DNA of 63,265 nucleotides, filler included, from Anaerolineae bacterium (GTDB lineage: Bacteria; Chloroflexota; Anaerolineae; Epilineales; Epilineaceae): NCBI GenBank assembly GCA_029262755.1. It is 6 parts of 6 records of this genome, joined end to end, with 100 filler letters (N's around TTAATTAATTAA, not from the genome) between each part and the next. Parts side by side here need not be neighbours in the genome. Positions count along the whole stretch, not along the records: positions 36,707 to 56,429 come from JAJCYU010000077.1; 5 more parts are not named here. The stretch is one strand, 5' to 3'. Of the stretch, positions 41,340-50,700 are shown piece after piece (position 1 is the first letter of the stretch; each line of letters begins with the position of its first letter). Under the pieces are notes generated by a model, which was given only the letters and a program-made list of their open reading frames with translations, was not told the DNA's origin and searched no databases. The position numbers were made by a program, and so were the translations under genes.

Positions 41340-42422
41340 ATGCGAACGCTGAGCTCAACATCGACGAAGAGAGCGGCAACGGCTAAGAAGCCAACCACGA
41401 CCAAGAAGAGGCCGTCTACGGCGAGAAAGCCCGCAGCGGCCAAGAAGAGGCCCGCGGCGACCAAGAAGCCGACGGCAGCAAAGAAGAAGCCGGCGGCCAA
41501 ACGGAAGCCTGCCGCGGCAAAGAAGCCGGCCGCCGCGAAGAAGCGCACGCCGGCCAAGAAGCCGGCCGCGGCTCGGAAACCAGCCGCCAAGAAGAAACCG
41601 GCCGGCGCAAAGAGGAAGCCGGCCGCCAGGAAACCTGCCGCGGCTACGAAGAAGGCCTCTACTGCCAAGAAACGCACGCCGGCCAAGCGTGCTCCAGCCA
41701 AGAAGACGGCGAAGAAGCCGGCAGCGCGAAGCGTGCTCGAGAAGCGCGTGGCTGCGGTAAGCAAGACGATCGAGAACAAGATGTCGGCCGCGGCGAAGTC
41801 GATCGAGGCCACGGTGGCTGCGGCGGGGAAGTCGCTCAAGAGCGTCGGTGGGCCGTCGAAGACCACGACGAAGGCGAGACCCGCCGCGAAGCGAACGGCC
41901 AAGCAGAGGACCGCGCGCGCCAAGAAGGCCCCAGCCAAGAACCCGCTTGCCCGTAGCACCGGCAAGCCGGTCGCACACGGCGCACCGCACGTCGATCCAC
42001 CGTTCAGGCCTTACGGCGGAAAGAAGCCGTACATGTTTGTCAGCTACTCGCATCGCAACACCAAAGAGGTGTTCGAGACGATCTCAAAGCTCAAAAGCCG
42101 ACGATTCCGAATGTGGTACGACGAGGGGATCGAGCCGGGCACGGAATGGCCAGAGGTTATCGGCAAAGCGATTCACGGTTGCCACACGCTGCTTGTGTTC
42201 ATGAGCCGGCACGCATCCGAATCTCGAAACGTGCGCAACGAGATCAACATGGCCTACACGGAGGGCAAGGAGATCAAGGTCGTGTTCCTGGAGGAGACGG
42301 CGTTGACCCAAGGCCTGCAGTTGCAAGTAGGGACCGTGCAGTCCGTCAACAAATACGACCTGACGGAAGCGGACTTCTTCGACAAGCTGATGACGGGGCT
42401 TGGGACCACGCTGAGGACCTGA
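41340..42422 (+). CDS. Histone H1-like Lys/Ala-rich N-terminus fused to a TIR domain
   Basis: About 200 aa of KKPAAAKK-type repeats; TIR box1 PYMFVSYSH, MWYDEGIEPG, LVFMS, SRNVRNEI (Glu). Confidence 0.9.
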   Translation: MRTLSSTSTKRAATAKKPTTTKKRPSTARKPAAAKKRPAATKKPTAAKKKPAAKRKPAAAKKPAAAKKRTPAKKPAAARKPAAKKKPAGAKRKPAARKPAAATKKASTAKKRTPAKRAPAKKTAKKPAARSVLEKRVAAVSKTIENKMSAAAKSIEATVAAAGKSLKSVGGPSKTTTKARPAAKRTAKQRTARAKKAPAKNPLARSTGKPVAHGAPHVDPPFRPYGGKKPYMFVSYSHRNTKEVFETISKLKSRRFRMWYDEGIEPGTEWPEVIGKAIHGCHTLLVFMSRHASESRNVRNEINMAYTEGKEIKVVFLEETALTQGLQLQVGTVQSVNKYDLTEADFFDKLMTGLGTTLRT

Positions 42423-42459
42423 GCGACGCCGTCGACGTGCCGAGGTCGGCCCCGGCGAC

Positions 42460-42930
42460 ATGCTCTGCAGCGGAACCCGATCGGGCTACGAGACGGTCGA
42501 CCAACGGCGCCGGCAGCTCGGCAAAGGCGCACGCATGCACTGCGACATCGTTGTCGCCGTGGACGAGCCCGCCGGCGTGATCCTCGCGATCGGCGGCAAT
42601 GTCTACGGCACGGTCTCCCTCAAGCGCCTACCCGCCGTGCGCGAACAGGGCATCCATCTGCACGCCCGCGACGCGATGTTCGCACACCTCCAGCTCCGCG
42701 CCGACGCCATCGAGCCCGACGCGCTGCGCACCAGCGCCACGGTCCGCGCCCTTACCTGCGCCGAGGGCTTCACGCCGCCGAGCCAGGTCGAGGTCTTGGA
42801 GCTAGGGCTGCGCGGGCCGGCGTGCGGTGACGTGAGCGTGGAGGCGGGGGTCGGGGCGGAAGCCGGGGCCTCAGGTGACGTCGCGGAAGAGGGTGCCGAG
42901 TACGGGCCGCCGTTTCTCGATCTGCCGTAG
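42460..42930 (+). pseudogene. C-terminal remnant of a DUF2272-like protein
   Basis: (PGD)MLC...RMHCDIVVAVD...AIGGNV...VSLK; no N-terminal half, SD or signal; begins right after the TIR gene stop. Confidence 0.55.
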
Positions 42931-42984
42931 GGGGCTCGTTCTTCGGGTTGATTCCGCAATTCGATTTCGTGGAGCGATCGAGAC

Positions 42985-43476
42985 CTAGTCTCCGGAATCG
43001 GAAGCGACGTCATCGAGCCAGTCGGCGAACGCGCCGAGGTCATGGACGACCAGCGCGAATACCTCCGCAAGTCCCTCGACGAGCAGTCCCACTTGTTGCG
43101 GGTCGAGGTTGAACGCATAGACATTGCGCACGACATGGCGGAAGCCGCGATAGCGATCAAGTTCGTTGCGGGTCTCTGCGCTGAGAACAGCCGGCCGTAC
43201 GTCCGCGATCTCGGCCGCTAACTGAGACAGTAACGCTCGGTGCCAGTCGCCGCCTACGGGTTTGGCCTCGTCAATAACTTCTGCGATCAGTTCAAACAAC
43301 CGCTCAGCCCCAGCGTAGAATCCGTGGAGGTTTAGCGCGACAGCATCCACATACCAATCGTCGGTAGCGCGCCGACTTTCTGTCCAGATCCGCTCGGTGC
43401 GGCTCACAACATCGCCGACCTCTGCGAGGCCGGAGCGGATCCGGCCCGCTAACACTCGGTTCCCCGGCCGGCTCAC
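42985..43476 (-). CDS. HEPN (HepT-like) ribonuclease toxin
   Basis: LHGFYAGAERLF, DWHRALL, YRGFRHVVRNVY; GTG 43476 overlaps the MNT stop (GTGA). Confidence 0.85.
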   Translation of the reverse strand: MSRPGNRVLAGRIRSGLAEVGDVVSRTERIWTESRRATDDWYVDAVALNLHGFYAGAERLFELIAEVIDEAKPVGGDWHRALLSQLAAEIADVRPAVLSAETRNELDRYRGFRHVVRNVYAFNLDPQQVGLLVEGLAEVFALVVHDLGAFADWLDDVASDSGD

Positions 43477-43850
43477 AGCGCAACCCCTTCCGTCTCGATA
43501 GCCGTCGAAAGCGCGTCGGTGCAGTATTCGGCTCGGACAACGCTGATGCGCAGGTCGCGGCCGAGATCTTCGAGACGTGACAAGGCCACGAGGTGCTCTT
43601 CGGGACCAAGTCCCCAGGCCGCAAGGTCGATGTCCGAGGACGAAGAGAACCAAAGACCATGGGCGAGCGATCCGAACAGGACCACCCGTGTCGCGCCGAA
43701 CTCGTCTGCAAGCACACTCGCCGCGCGTTTGGCCACGACCAGGGCGCGCCGCTTGCGCTCGGCCAAGGCGCGCGCATCCCGTTGCGTCCGCGCCAGCATG
43801 GTGCGTCGATATCGTGTCCGCGCTTCGGCGGTCGAGTCGATCTGGGTCAT
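43473..43850 (-). CDS. Minimal nucleotidyltransferase (MntA-like) antitoxin
   Basis: VLFGSLA...SDIDL (GS...DxD) motif; coupled to the HEPN gene. Confidence 0.9.
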   Translation of the reverse strand: MTQIDSTAEARTRYRRTMLARTQRDARALAERKRRALVVAKRAASVLADEFGATRVVLFGSLAHGLWFSSSSDIDLAAWGLGPEEHLVALSRLEDLGRDLRISVVRAEYCTDALSTAIETEGVAL

Positions 43851-43856
43851 GTGGCC

Positions 43857-43862
43857 ATTGTA
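43857..43862 (-). promoter_or_regulatory. -10 box of a probable leaderless MNT-HEPN transcript
   Basis: TACAAT-6 nt-ATG(43850), no SD. Confidence 0.55.
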
Positions 43863-44050
43863 TCCCAACGCGCGAGTACCGGTGGAAGCGAGAACGCGCT
43901 GTTGATGCAGGACACGTCCAGCGCGAGCTTCGGGCTGGAGGTTGAATTCGAGGTCTCGATCCGGCGGGCTTGCGGCAAAAACGGTCCGCGCTAAGGTCCA
44001 GTCTCTATTTTCTCCCACGATCGGGATCGTCCGGCTCATTTGGAGACCTC

Positions 44051-45460
44051 ATGGACGCTCGAAGACCCCACACCGTCTTCTTGATGATCGTGCTTGCGAC
44101 CACCGCCTGCTCTTGTCGCGGTGTCGAGGCCGACCCGACCGCCTCGCCGGGCCTTCCGGCCGACCTTGCAGCCACGGCAGAGGCTTTGGCCGAACTCGAT
44201 TCCGGCCCGTAACGTTCGACGCCGGATCCGAGTTCGCAAGCCGCCAAGACGGGGGTCCCGGATGGGTCGGCCGAAGCGCAGCCCCCGACCTCTGACGCAT
44301 TGTCGCTGCCATCGCGCACACCCAAGCCCTTCCCGCTCACCTCCGGGAGTAAGCAGGCAAGGCAATGGGCCTCCTTGAGCGCAGGCGAGTCTCATCTCTG
44401 CGCGACGCGGCCCAACGGCACGGTGCATTGCTGGTCCAATGAGTTGGAGCGGCCACTCCTGTGGTCTCGCGGAAACTGGGGAGATCGTGTGTTGGGGGAA
44501 CGCCGAAAACGGTGCACTGCGCTCTCCGCCGGGACCCTTCGACGCGCTCAGCACAGGAACCGGCTATGCGTGTGGATTGCGTACCGACGGCACCCTCACG
44601 TGCTTGGGTCAACCCGGGGGATTGTGGTCCTTCGTGGGCCAGGCGCTGTGGCCACCAGGTGAGTACAGCCAGGTTTCTGTGGGCGCCTCATTCAGTTGCG
44701 CGATCACGACTTCCCAGACGATCACGTGTTGGGGCCGCGAGGCCGACTCGGAGATGAAGCCGCCTTCCGGCACGTTTAGCAGGATCAGCGCGGGTCTCAC
44801 CCATGCCTGCGGCCTGAGGACGAACGGCACCGTCGCCTGTTGGGGCTCCAATTCGGACGACGAAGCGACACCTCCAAGCGGCGTGTTCTCCCATGTGAGC
44901 GCCGGAGATTGGTTCGGTTGCGGCGTGCGAGAAAACGGTACGTTGGCGTGCTGGGGGTTTGACGAGTATGGACAGGCATCGCCGCCGGACGGCACCTTCC
45001 GGCATGTCTCCGCGGGCGCCGACTACGCCTGTGGTATTAAGTCAGACGGATCCGTTGCGTGTTGGGGTCGGGAAGCGGAGCCTGCGACCACACCGCCAAC
45101 CGAAGCCTTCGCAGATGTCAGCGTAGGGATGGGCTACGCCTGTGGCCGGACGGAGGACGGAGAAATCACCTGTTGGGGGCAGGCTACGACGGAATGATGA
45201 ACGTGCCTTCCGGCTCCTTCCAACAGATGCAGGCGAGCGAGAAGCACACATGTGGGGTCATGACAGATGGCTCCGTCTCCTGTTGGGGCGCCCATGTACC
45301 GGGCGCTCTGAGTCCGCCGGCCGTGGAGCTCGTCCAGGTCAGCGTGCAGTCGGACCACGCCTGTGGGATTCGGCCCGATGGCACGCTCATCTGCTGGGGC
45401 GGCAACACCACGGTGACGGAAGAAGACGAAGAGGACGCGCTGTTTTCTTTCCCGTTCTGA
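44051..45460 (+). pseudogene. RCC1-like beta-propeller lipoprotein, disrupted
   Basis: Lipobox TTAC; repeats xSAGxxHxCGxRxDGTxxCWG; in-frame TAA 44210-44212 and frame changes near 44440 and 45180. Confidence 0.8.
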
Positions 45461-45530
45461 TCGCCGACCGTGCGCTGATCGCCAAACCTGGCGCCCGTTG
45501 TCGAGCCACAGAAGCCCCAGGAGCCCCGCC

Positions 45531-46661
45531 ATGCGCGCCGTGCAGCTCGTCGCCACCGGACGTCCCCTCGAAGACCGCGCTGTCGCGCTCCCCGAGCCAG
45601 GACCGGGCGAGGTGCGCGTACGCGTCGCCGCCGCGGGCATCTGCCACTCCGACGCCCACTACCGCCGCGGCGGGCCGAGTCTCGGCTCGCTGCCTCTGAC
45701 CTTGGGGCACGAGGTGGCCGGCACGGTCGACGCGGTGGGCGAGGGGGTCGCGGAGGGCGCGTGGGATGCGGTAGACGAAGGGGTAGCGGAGGTCGCGCCG
45801 AACCCGCCAATCGAAGTGGTCTCTAGTGACACGAATCGTGCCCTCGCCCGTGCTCTCGTCCCCGGTGAACGCGTGTGCCTCCACTACCTCGTCACCTGCG
45901 GCCGCTGCGCCGCCTGCCTGCGCGGCGGCGAGCAGTTCTGCGCACGTGTGCAGATGATCGGCAAGGATCGTGACGGTGGCTTCGCGGAGTACATCGTCGT
46001 GCCGGCGCGCAACGCCATCCGCGTTCCCGACGCGGTGTCGCACGCGCATGCTGCGGTGATGATGTGCTCCTCGGCCACAGCCTGGCACGCGCTGGTCAAA
46101 GGCCGGCTGCAACCAGGCGAGAGCGTGGCGGTCTTCGGCATCGGCGGGCTCGGCGTCTCGGCCGTGCAGCTGGCCGACGTCTTCGGCGCCGCCACGGTGT
46201 ACGCCGTCGACCGCGTGCCGGCCAAGCTCGCGCTCGCCGAACGGCTGGGCGCGGTGCCCGTTTCGGCCGCGGAGGGCGATGATCCGCTCGCGGCGCTGGC
46301 GGCGCTCACCGGAGGTCGCGGCGTCGACGTCGCGCTCGACCTCGTGGGCAGGCCCGCGACGATCGCGGCGGCGGTGAAGTGCTTGGGCGTCCAGGGTCGA
46401 GCGGTCTTGGTCGGCATCGGCGATCGGCCCTTCACCGTCGATCCCTACCGCGACATCCTGGGCAAGGAGACCGAGATCATCGGCTGCTCGGACCACATGC
46501 ATGGCGAGATCGCCGGGTTGTTGGAGTTAGCCGCGAGCGGGCGGCTCGACCTGGGCGCAGCCGTCACGCGCGAGGTGCCGCTCGCGGCGGGGGCCGTGAA
46601 CGCGGCGCTGGACGCGCTGGAGGCGGGGACGGATGGGGTGCGGACGGTGGTGCGGGTGTGA
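45531..46661 (+). CDS. Zinc-dependent alcohol dehydrogenase (MDR family)
   Basis: GICHSD, GHEVAG, structural CGRCAAC...FC, FGIGGLG. Confidence 0.93.
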   Translation: MRAVQLVATGRPLEDRAVALPEPGPGEVRVRVAAAGICHSDAHYRRGGPSLGSLPLTLGHEVAGTVDAVGEGVAEGAWDAVDEGVAEVAPNPPIEVVSSDTNRALARALVPGERVCLHYLVTCGRCAACLRGGEQFCARVQMIGKDRDGGFAEYIVVPARNAIRVPDAVSHAHAAVMMCSSATAWHALVKGRLQPGESVAVFGIGGLGVSAVQLADVFGAATVYAVDRVPAKLALAERLGAVPVSAAEGDDPLAALAALTGGRGVDVALDLVGRPATIAAAVKCLGVQGRAVLVGIGDRPFTVDPYRDILGKETEIIGCSDHMHGEIAGLLELAASGRLDLGAAVTREVPLAAGAVNAALDALEAGTDGVRTVVRV

Positions 46662-46818
46662 TGGGCATCCGTTCGTTTGTCGACTCCTTCCTCCGCCGGA
46701 TCGGACGGCGAGATCGAGGAGTACGATTCCCATACACTGTGCGACGAAGCTCGTTCCCGCGGCCAGCGCGAACGTCACCGCCATCGTCACGTGATCGAAC
46801 CACCGTGCCCAGGAGAGG

Positions 46819-47829
46819 ATGCCGATGAAGAATGCCGCGCGCGCGATGGTCTTCACCCTCGTTCTGCTGCTGACCCTGCCGATGACGATCACCTATTTCG
46901 TGGCGTACTATCTCGTGATCGTGCTGCTTAACCGGCGCCGTGGGATCTCCGGCACGGCCTACGAGCCCTTCACCGCCCGGCTGCTCATGCACGACGTCGG
47001 CGAGCGCGAGGACGAGGCCGCCGCACGGCTGGCGCGGGCATTGCCGGCGACCGCGCCCTGGCTGTGGCCCTTGATGTCCTTGCCGATCCAATGGGCCGTC
47101 CGGCTGAGCGGCACGACCCCGGCGCTGCTGCGCTACCCGCCGGAGCACCCACCCGGCCTGATGGCCCTGATGACGCTGCGCACCGAGTTCTTCGACGAGA
47201 CCCTGCGCGAGGCTCTGGGGCAGGTCGAGCAATTGGTCATTCTCGGCGCCGGTTGGGATACCCGCTGCTATGACCTGCCCACAGACGCGGGCGTCCGCTT
47301 CTTCGAGGTGGACGCTCCGGCTACCAGCCGCGCCAAGCAAGCGGCTGTGGCCAAGGCCGGCCTCGACGCCGACCACGTGACCTTCGTGGCCACCGACTTC
47401 AACGAGCGCACGTGGCTCGAGGCCCTCGTTGAGCACGGCTTCGAAGCGAACCGGCCCACCTTCGTGCTGTGGGAGGGCGTAAGCATGTATCTCGAAGATC
47501 ACGCGGTTGACGCCACGTTGCGCACGGTGGCGTCCTTCCCGCCCGGCAGCCGCATCGCCTTCGACTACCTGGCCGAAGAGCTCGTGCGCGGCGAGCCACC
47601 TTTTCGCCTGCTCGGTCCCTACATGACGGCAAGCATCGGCCTGACCTACGGTGAGCACATGGTCTTCGGCCTGCCGACCAAGCCCGACGCGAAGACGGCG
47701 GCGTCGGCCTTCGTGGCGGCCCACGGCCTCACGCTGCGCCGCTACGCCGCCATCGGCCACAGCGACGAAGGCCAGGTGCCATGGTACGGCTTCGTGCTTG
47801 CGGGGGCGGGGGCGGAGGCGGACGAATAG
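46819..47829 (+). CDS. LCM/Ppm1-type SAM-dependent methyltransferase
   Basis: LRTEFFD, QLVILGAGWDTR, FEVD, WEGVSMYL, FDY. Confidence 0.9.
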   Translation: MPMKNAARAMVFTLVLLLTLPMTITYFVAYYLVIVLLNRRRGISGTAYEPFTARLLMHDVGEREDEAAARLARALPATAPWLWPLMSLPIQWAVRLSGTTPALLRYPPEHPPGLMALMTLRTEFFDETLREALGQVEQLVILGAGWDTRCYDLPTDAGVRFFEVDAPATSRAKQAAVAKAGLDADHVTFVATDFNERTWLEALVEHGFEANRPTFVLWEGVSMYLEDHAVDATLRTVASFPPGSRIAFDYLAEELVRGEPPFRLLGPYMTASIGLTYGEHMVFGLPTKPDAKTAASAFVAAHGLTLRRYAAIGHSDEGQVPWYGFVLAGAGAEADE

Positions 47830-47990
47830 GGGCGACGGCGTCCGCGACGCGGATGCGAGCGGAGGCGATCCCAACAAGGGCCTGAGTTACAACTACCTCT
47901 GGTTGCGCAACTGCGTGTGTGTCGCAAACTCGGCACACCCGCGGCGCCTACCGGGTCGATTCGCCGACACGCCGTACGTACAACATACAT

Positions 47991-48199
47991 ACGGACGATC
48001 TTCGCTTCGCCTGGGACCGGCGCAGGAGCTTTGCGAACGCTACCAAGAGCGCGTATTGCGCCTGGATCGCGAGACGATCGCCTACTTCAAGGACATGGCA
48101 GCCGAGACCGGCATCCCATACCAGAGCCTGATCAACCTCTACCTGCGCGACTGCGTGACCACGAAGCGCAAGCTGAATATGGCGTGGGGGAAGCGGTAG
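47991..48199 (+). pseudogene. Collapsed BrnT/BrnA toxin-antitoxin remnant
   Basis: ACG-DDLRFAWDRRRSFANATK (BrnT-like N-terminus, start mutated) joined out of frame to LRLDRETIAYFKDMAAETGIPYQSLINLYLRDC (BrnA-like C-terminus). Confidence 0.7.
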
Positions 48200-48518
48200 G
48201 GGCCGCATCGTTCCAGCACGCGTATGAACCTACCGCGATCGTCCGGTTCGCCGCCGCCGGCTCCACGCCGGCCGGGGCGACCGCGGTATTGATCGGGGAT
48301 GTGGACCCATTCGATCGTCCTTTCCTCCGCCTTTCGCCCCTCTTGATCGCGCCCTAAGCCGTTGCTTCGAGCCTTCTGGTCCAATCCGGACCAGAGGGGC
48401 TCGTCGCGCGTCTGCGTGCGGCAAACTCGTTTCTGCAACCGCGTCGTGGCGATGCGAACGTTGAAACGATTGAATGACGAGCCTCGGAAGCCCGCGAGCT
48501 AGAGGAGGTTCGACCACC

Positions 48519-50165
48519 ATGCCCCAACACTGTCCTAAGCCACTGTTCACCGTCCGGATGGCCGAAGGGATCGTCCACGGAAGGACCAGTTTCTGGTCCC
48601 CGTGGTATCGACGTCTCGATCGAAGTCTCGGTAGGCCCAGTTGCCGTGCCCAGCGCCGCGGAAACGTCGCGACCTTCGTACGTGCGCTTGCGCTGGTTGC
48701 CGCCTTCGTTGCGCTCCAGTCCTCGACCGCCCATGCGCAGGCCGTCGGGCCGATCGACGCCCGTGTCACTTCGGACAACGCATACGGCTTCGGATACGGC
48801 GGACCGAACTCCATAGATGGACCAAGCGCCTACTTGGGCAAGCTCGAGAACTGCGACCCGCAAGACATCTTCAGCTGTGCATCGGGGCCGGAGAAGTACT
48901 CCATCCCTGCGACGGCTGTTGCGGGGGCCACGCATCTCTATCTGATCGCGTGGGCCGATCGCGGCAGCACGCAAGGCATCATCGGGCAATTCACAGACAC
49001 CAGTACCGGCGTCACGTTGCGCACAGGGGAGGGCAAGTGGGAGGTCTACCGCACCAACCAGCCCTACATTGCCTGTGACGCTACCGACCCCGGCGGCCCG
49101 CCGATCGTGGGCATCAACACGCAGATTGACACCGCCACGAAGGGTGGCTTGTGGATGCCCGTCGTCGAGGTAGCCGACACGAAGTACGACAACGGCGTGT
49201 TCGGCGAGCCCAATAACGGGCCTCAGGACACGTTCCCGCTCGTGTGCGACGACAGCGGCGCGCCCAACAGCATCGGATCGACGGCACGCTGGATGTGGTA
49301 CGACGCAACTCGGCCGATGTCCGGCGCCACCGTGAACCCGTTCGTCTATCGCGATAACCCTATCGATGGCTATCTGATCTTCCGGCTGGCACTCAACCAA
49401 TTCGATCCGTGCATGTCGCTTCGGACGCGCGAGGTCGTCTGCGAACCCGGACCGTACGGGCCTTCCGGCTGCTACCGGGTGAAGTTCCGCCTGACGAACG
49501 ACGCGAACATCACCGCCAACTATGTCGGCGTTCACCCCAATGACGGCGGCACTGTCTCGCCCGGCGTGATCGAGCTGCTCAATCCGATCACGAAGGGTCA
49601 GCAGGCGAATCGAGAATTCGTTTGGTGCCCTCCGCCAGGGTATGCCGGAGGCATGCCGTCCTTCTCGCTGACCTTGATGGACGAGCAAGGAGGCGGCTGC
49701 TGCGCGAGCCGGCTGACCATAGATCTGCCGGATTGCCCGCCGATCTCGGATTGCTTCCAAATCCCCGAGGCCACGGCGACGTGTGTGCCCGGAGCGGCGC
49801 CGGGGACATTCAAGTTGAGCTTGCTGATCAGCAAGGGCGCAGGCGCACGCACATTGCACCTGCTGGCGCCGGCGCCGATGAAGATCTCGCCTCAGCCGCA
49901 CTACCTTGGTCCCGTGGCCGGGACGTTCGGGCCCGTGAAGTACACCATCGAGGGCGCACCAGGCAACAGCTATCCGCGCCGCGTGTGCTTCTGGGTGAAC
50001 CTCACGCCTCCCGTGTCCAGCGACGATCCCTACGACCTGACGGGCGATTGTTGCAGCGAGTACGTCTGTGTCCTCGTGCCCTATTGCGGATTGCCTACCC
50101 CAACGGCCAACCCCAACCCGCTGTCGGCGGATAGCACCGCACGGGGTCTGGGCGACGGATCGTGA
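48519..50165 (+). CDS. Secreted Cys-rich beta-structured protein of unknown function
   Basis: SD AGGAGG; signal ending AHA; VTSDNAYGFGYG N-domain; many Cys including CC pairs; start uncertain. Confidence 0.7.
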   Translation: MPQHCPKPLFTVRMAEGIVHGRTSFWSPWYRRLDRSLGRPSCRAQRRGNVATFVRALALVAAFVALQSSTAHAQAVGPIDARVTSDNAYGFGYGGPNSIDGPSAYLGKLENCDPQDIFSCASGPEKYSIPATAVAGATHLYLIAWADRGSTQGIIGQFTDTSTGVTLRTGEGKWEVYRTNQPYIACDATDPGGPPIVGINTQIDTATKGGLWMPVVEVADTKYDNGVFGEPNNGPQDTFPLVCDDSGAPNSIGSTARWMWYDATRPMSGATVNPFVYRDNPIDGYLIFRLALNQFDPCMSLRTREVVCEPGPYGPSGCYRVKFRLTNDANITANYVGVHPNDGGTVSPGVIELLNPITKGQQANREFVWCPPPGYAGGMPSFSLTLMDEQGGGCCASRLTIDLPDCPPISDCFQIPEATATCVPGAAPGTFKLSLLISKGAGARTLHLLAPAPMKISPQPHYLGPVAGTFGPVKYTIEGAPGNSYPRRVCFWVNLTPPVSSDDPYDLTGDCCSEYVCVLVPYCGLPTPTANPNPLSADSTARGLGDGS

Positions 50166-50644
50166 CGCACCAGGGTTGGGGGTCCTGGAAGCAGCCTGAA
50201 AGGCGTCGCCAGTCGGCGCTCGGACTGCGCGCGGCACCGGCATTGGTTGCATTGATCGTGCTCGGAGTTGCCGCCGGCTACGGACAGCGGGGCGCACACA
50301 GCGCCACCGGATCCGCGTCTCCCGCCATGCTCCTCGACGGGCGATCGGGCCCGTACGGCCACGACGTACCGACGATCACGCCCGCCGGCGTTCAGCCCGG
50401 ACCAGGCGGCGTGCCCACGGTCACTGTTGTACCGCGTCCGGCAGTGACCGGCGTTCCCACCGTGACACCGGCGACCGGCGACGTTCGGCGCGGTGTGCCG
50501 ACCGTAACGCCGGCGTCGGGCGTCACCCAAGCGCCGTCCACACCGCGTTGGACGCCGACGGCACGCTGGACACCAACGGCAGGTCCGACACGCGATCCGA
50601 ACACCCCGGCCGGTTGGGCATATCTGCCGAACCTGTTCCGATAA
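50162..50644 (+). CDS. Small secreted Pro/Thr-repeat protein with C-terminal YLPxxxR motif
   Basis: GTGA overlap; hydrophobic ALVALIVLGVAAG; VPTVTP-like repeats; ends WAYLPNLFR. Confidence 0.65.
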   Translation: MTHQGWGSWKQPERRRQSALGLRAAPALVALIVLGVAAGYGQRGAHSATGSASPAMLLDGRSGPYGHDVPTITPAGVQPGPGGVPTVTVVPRPAVTGVPTVTPATGDVRRGVPTVTPASGVTQAPSTPRWTPTARWTPTAGPTRDPNTPAGWAYLPNLFR

Positions 50645-50700
50645 ATCGAATAATGACCCGGCTCGCGCAATGCGGGCCGACGCATGGAGGAATACCGATC

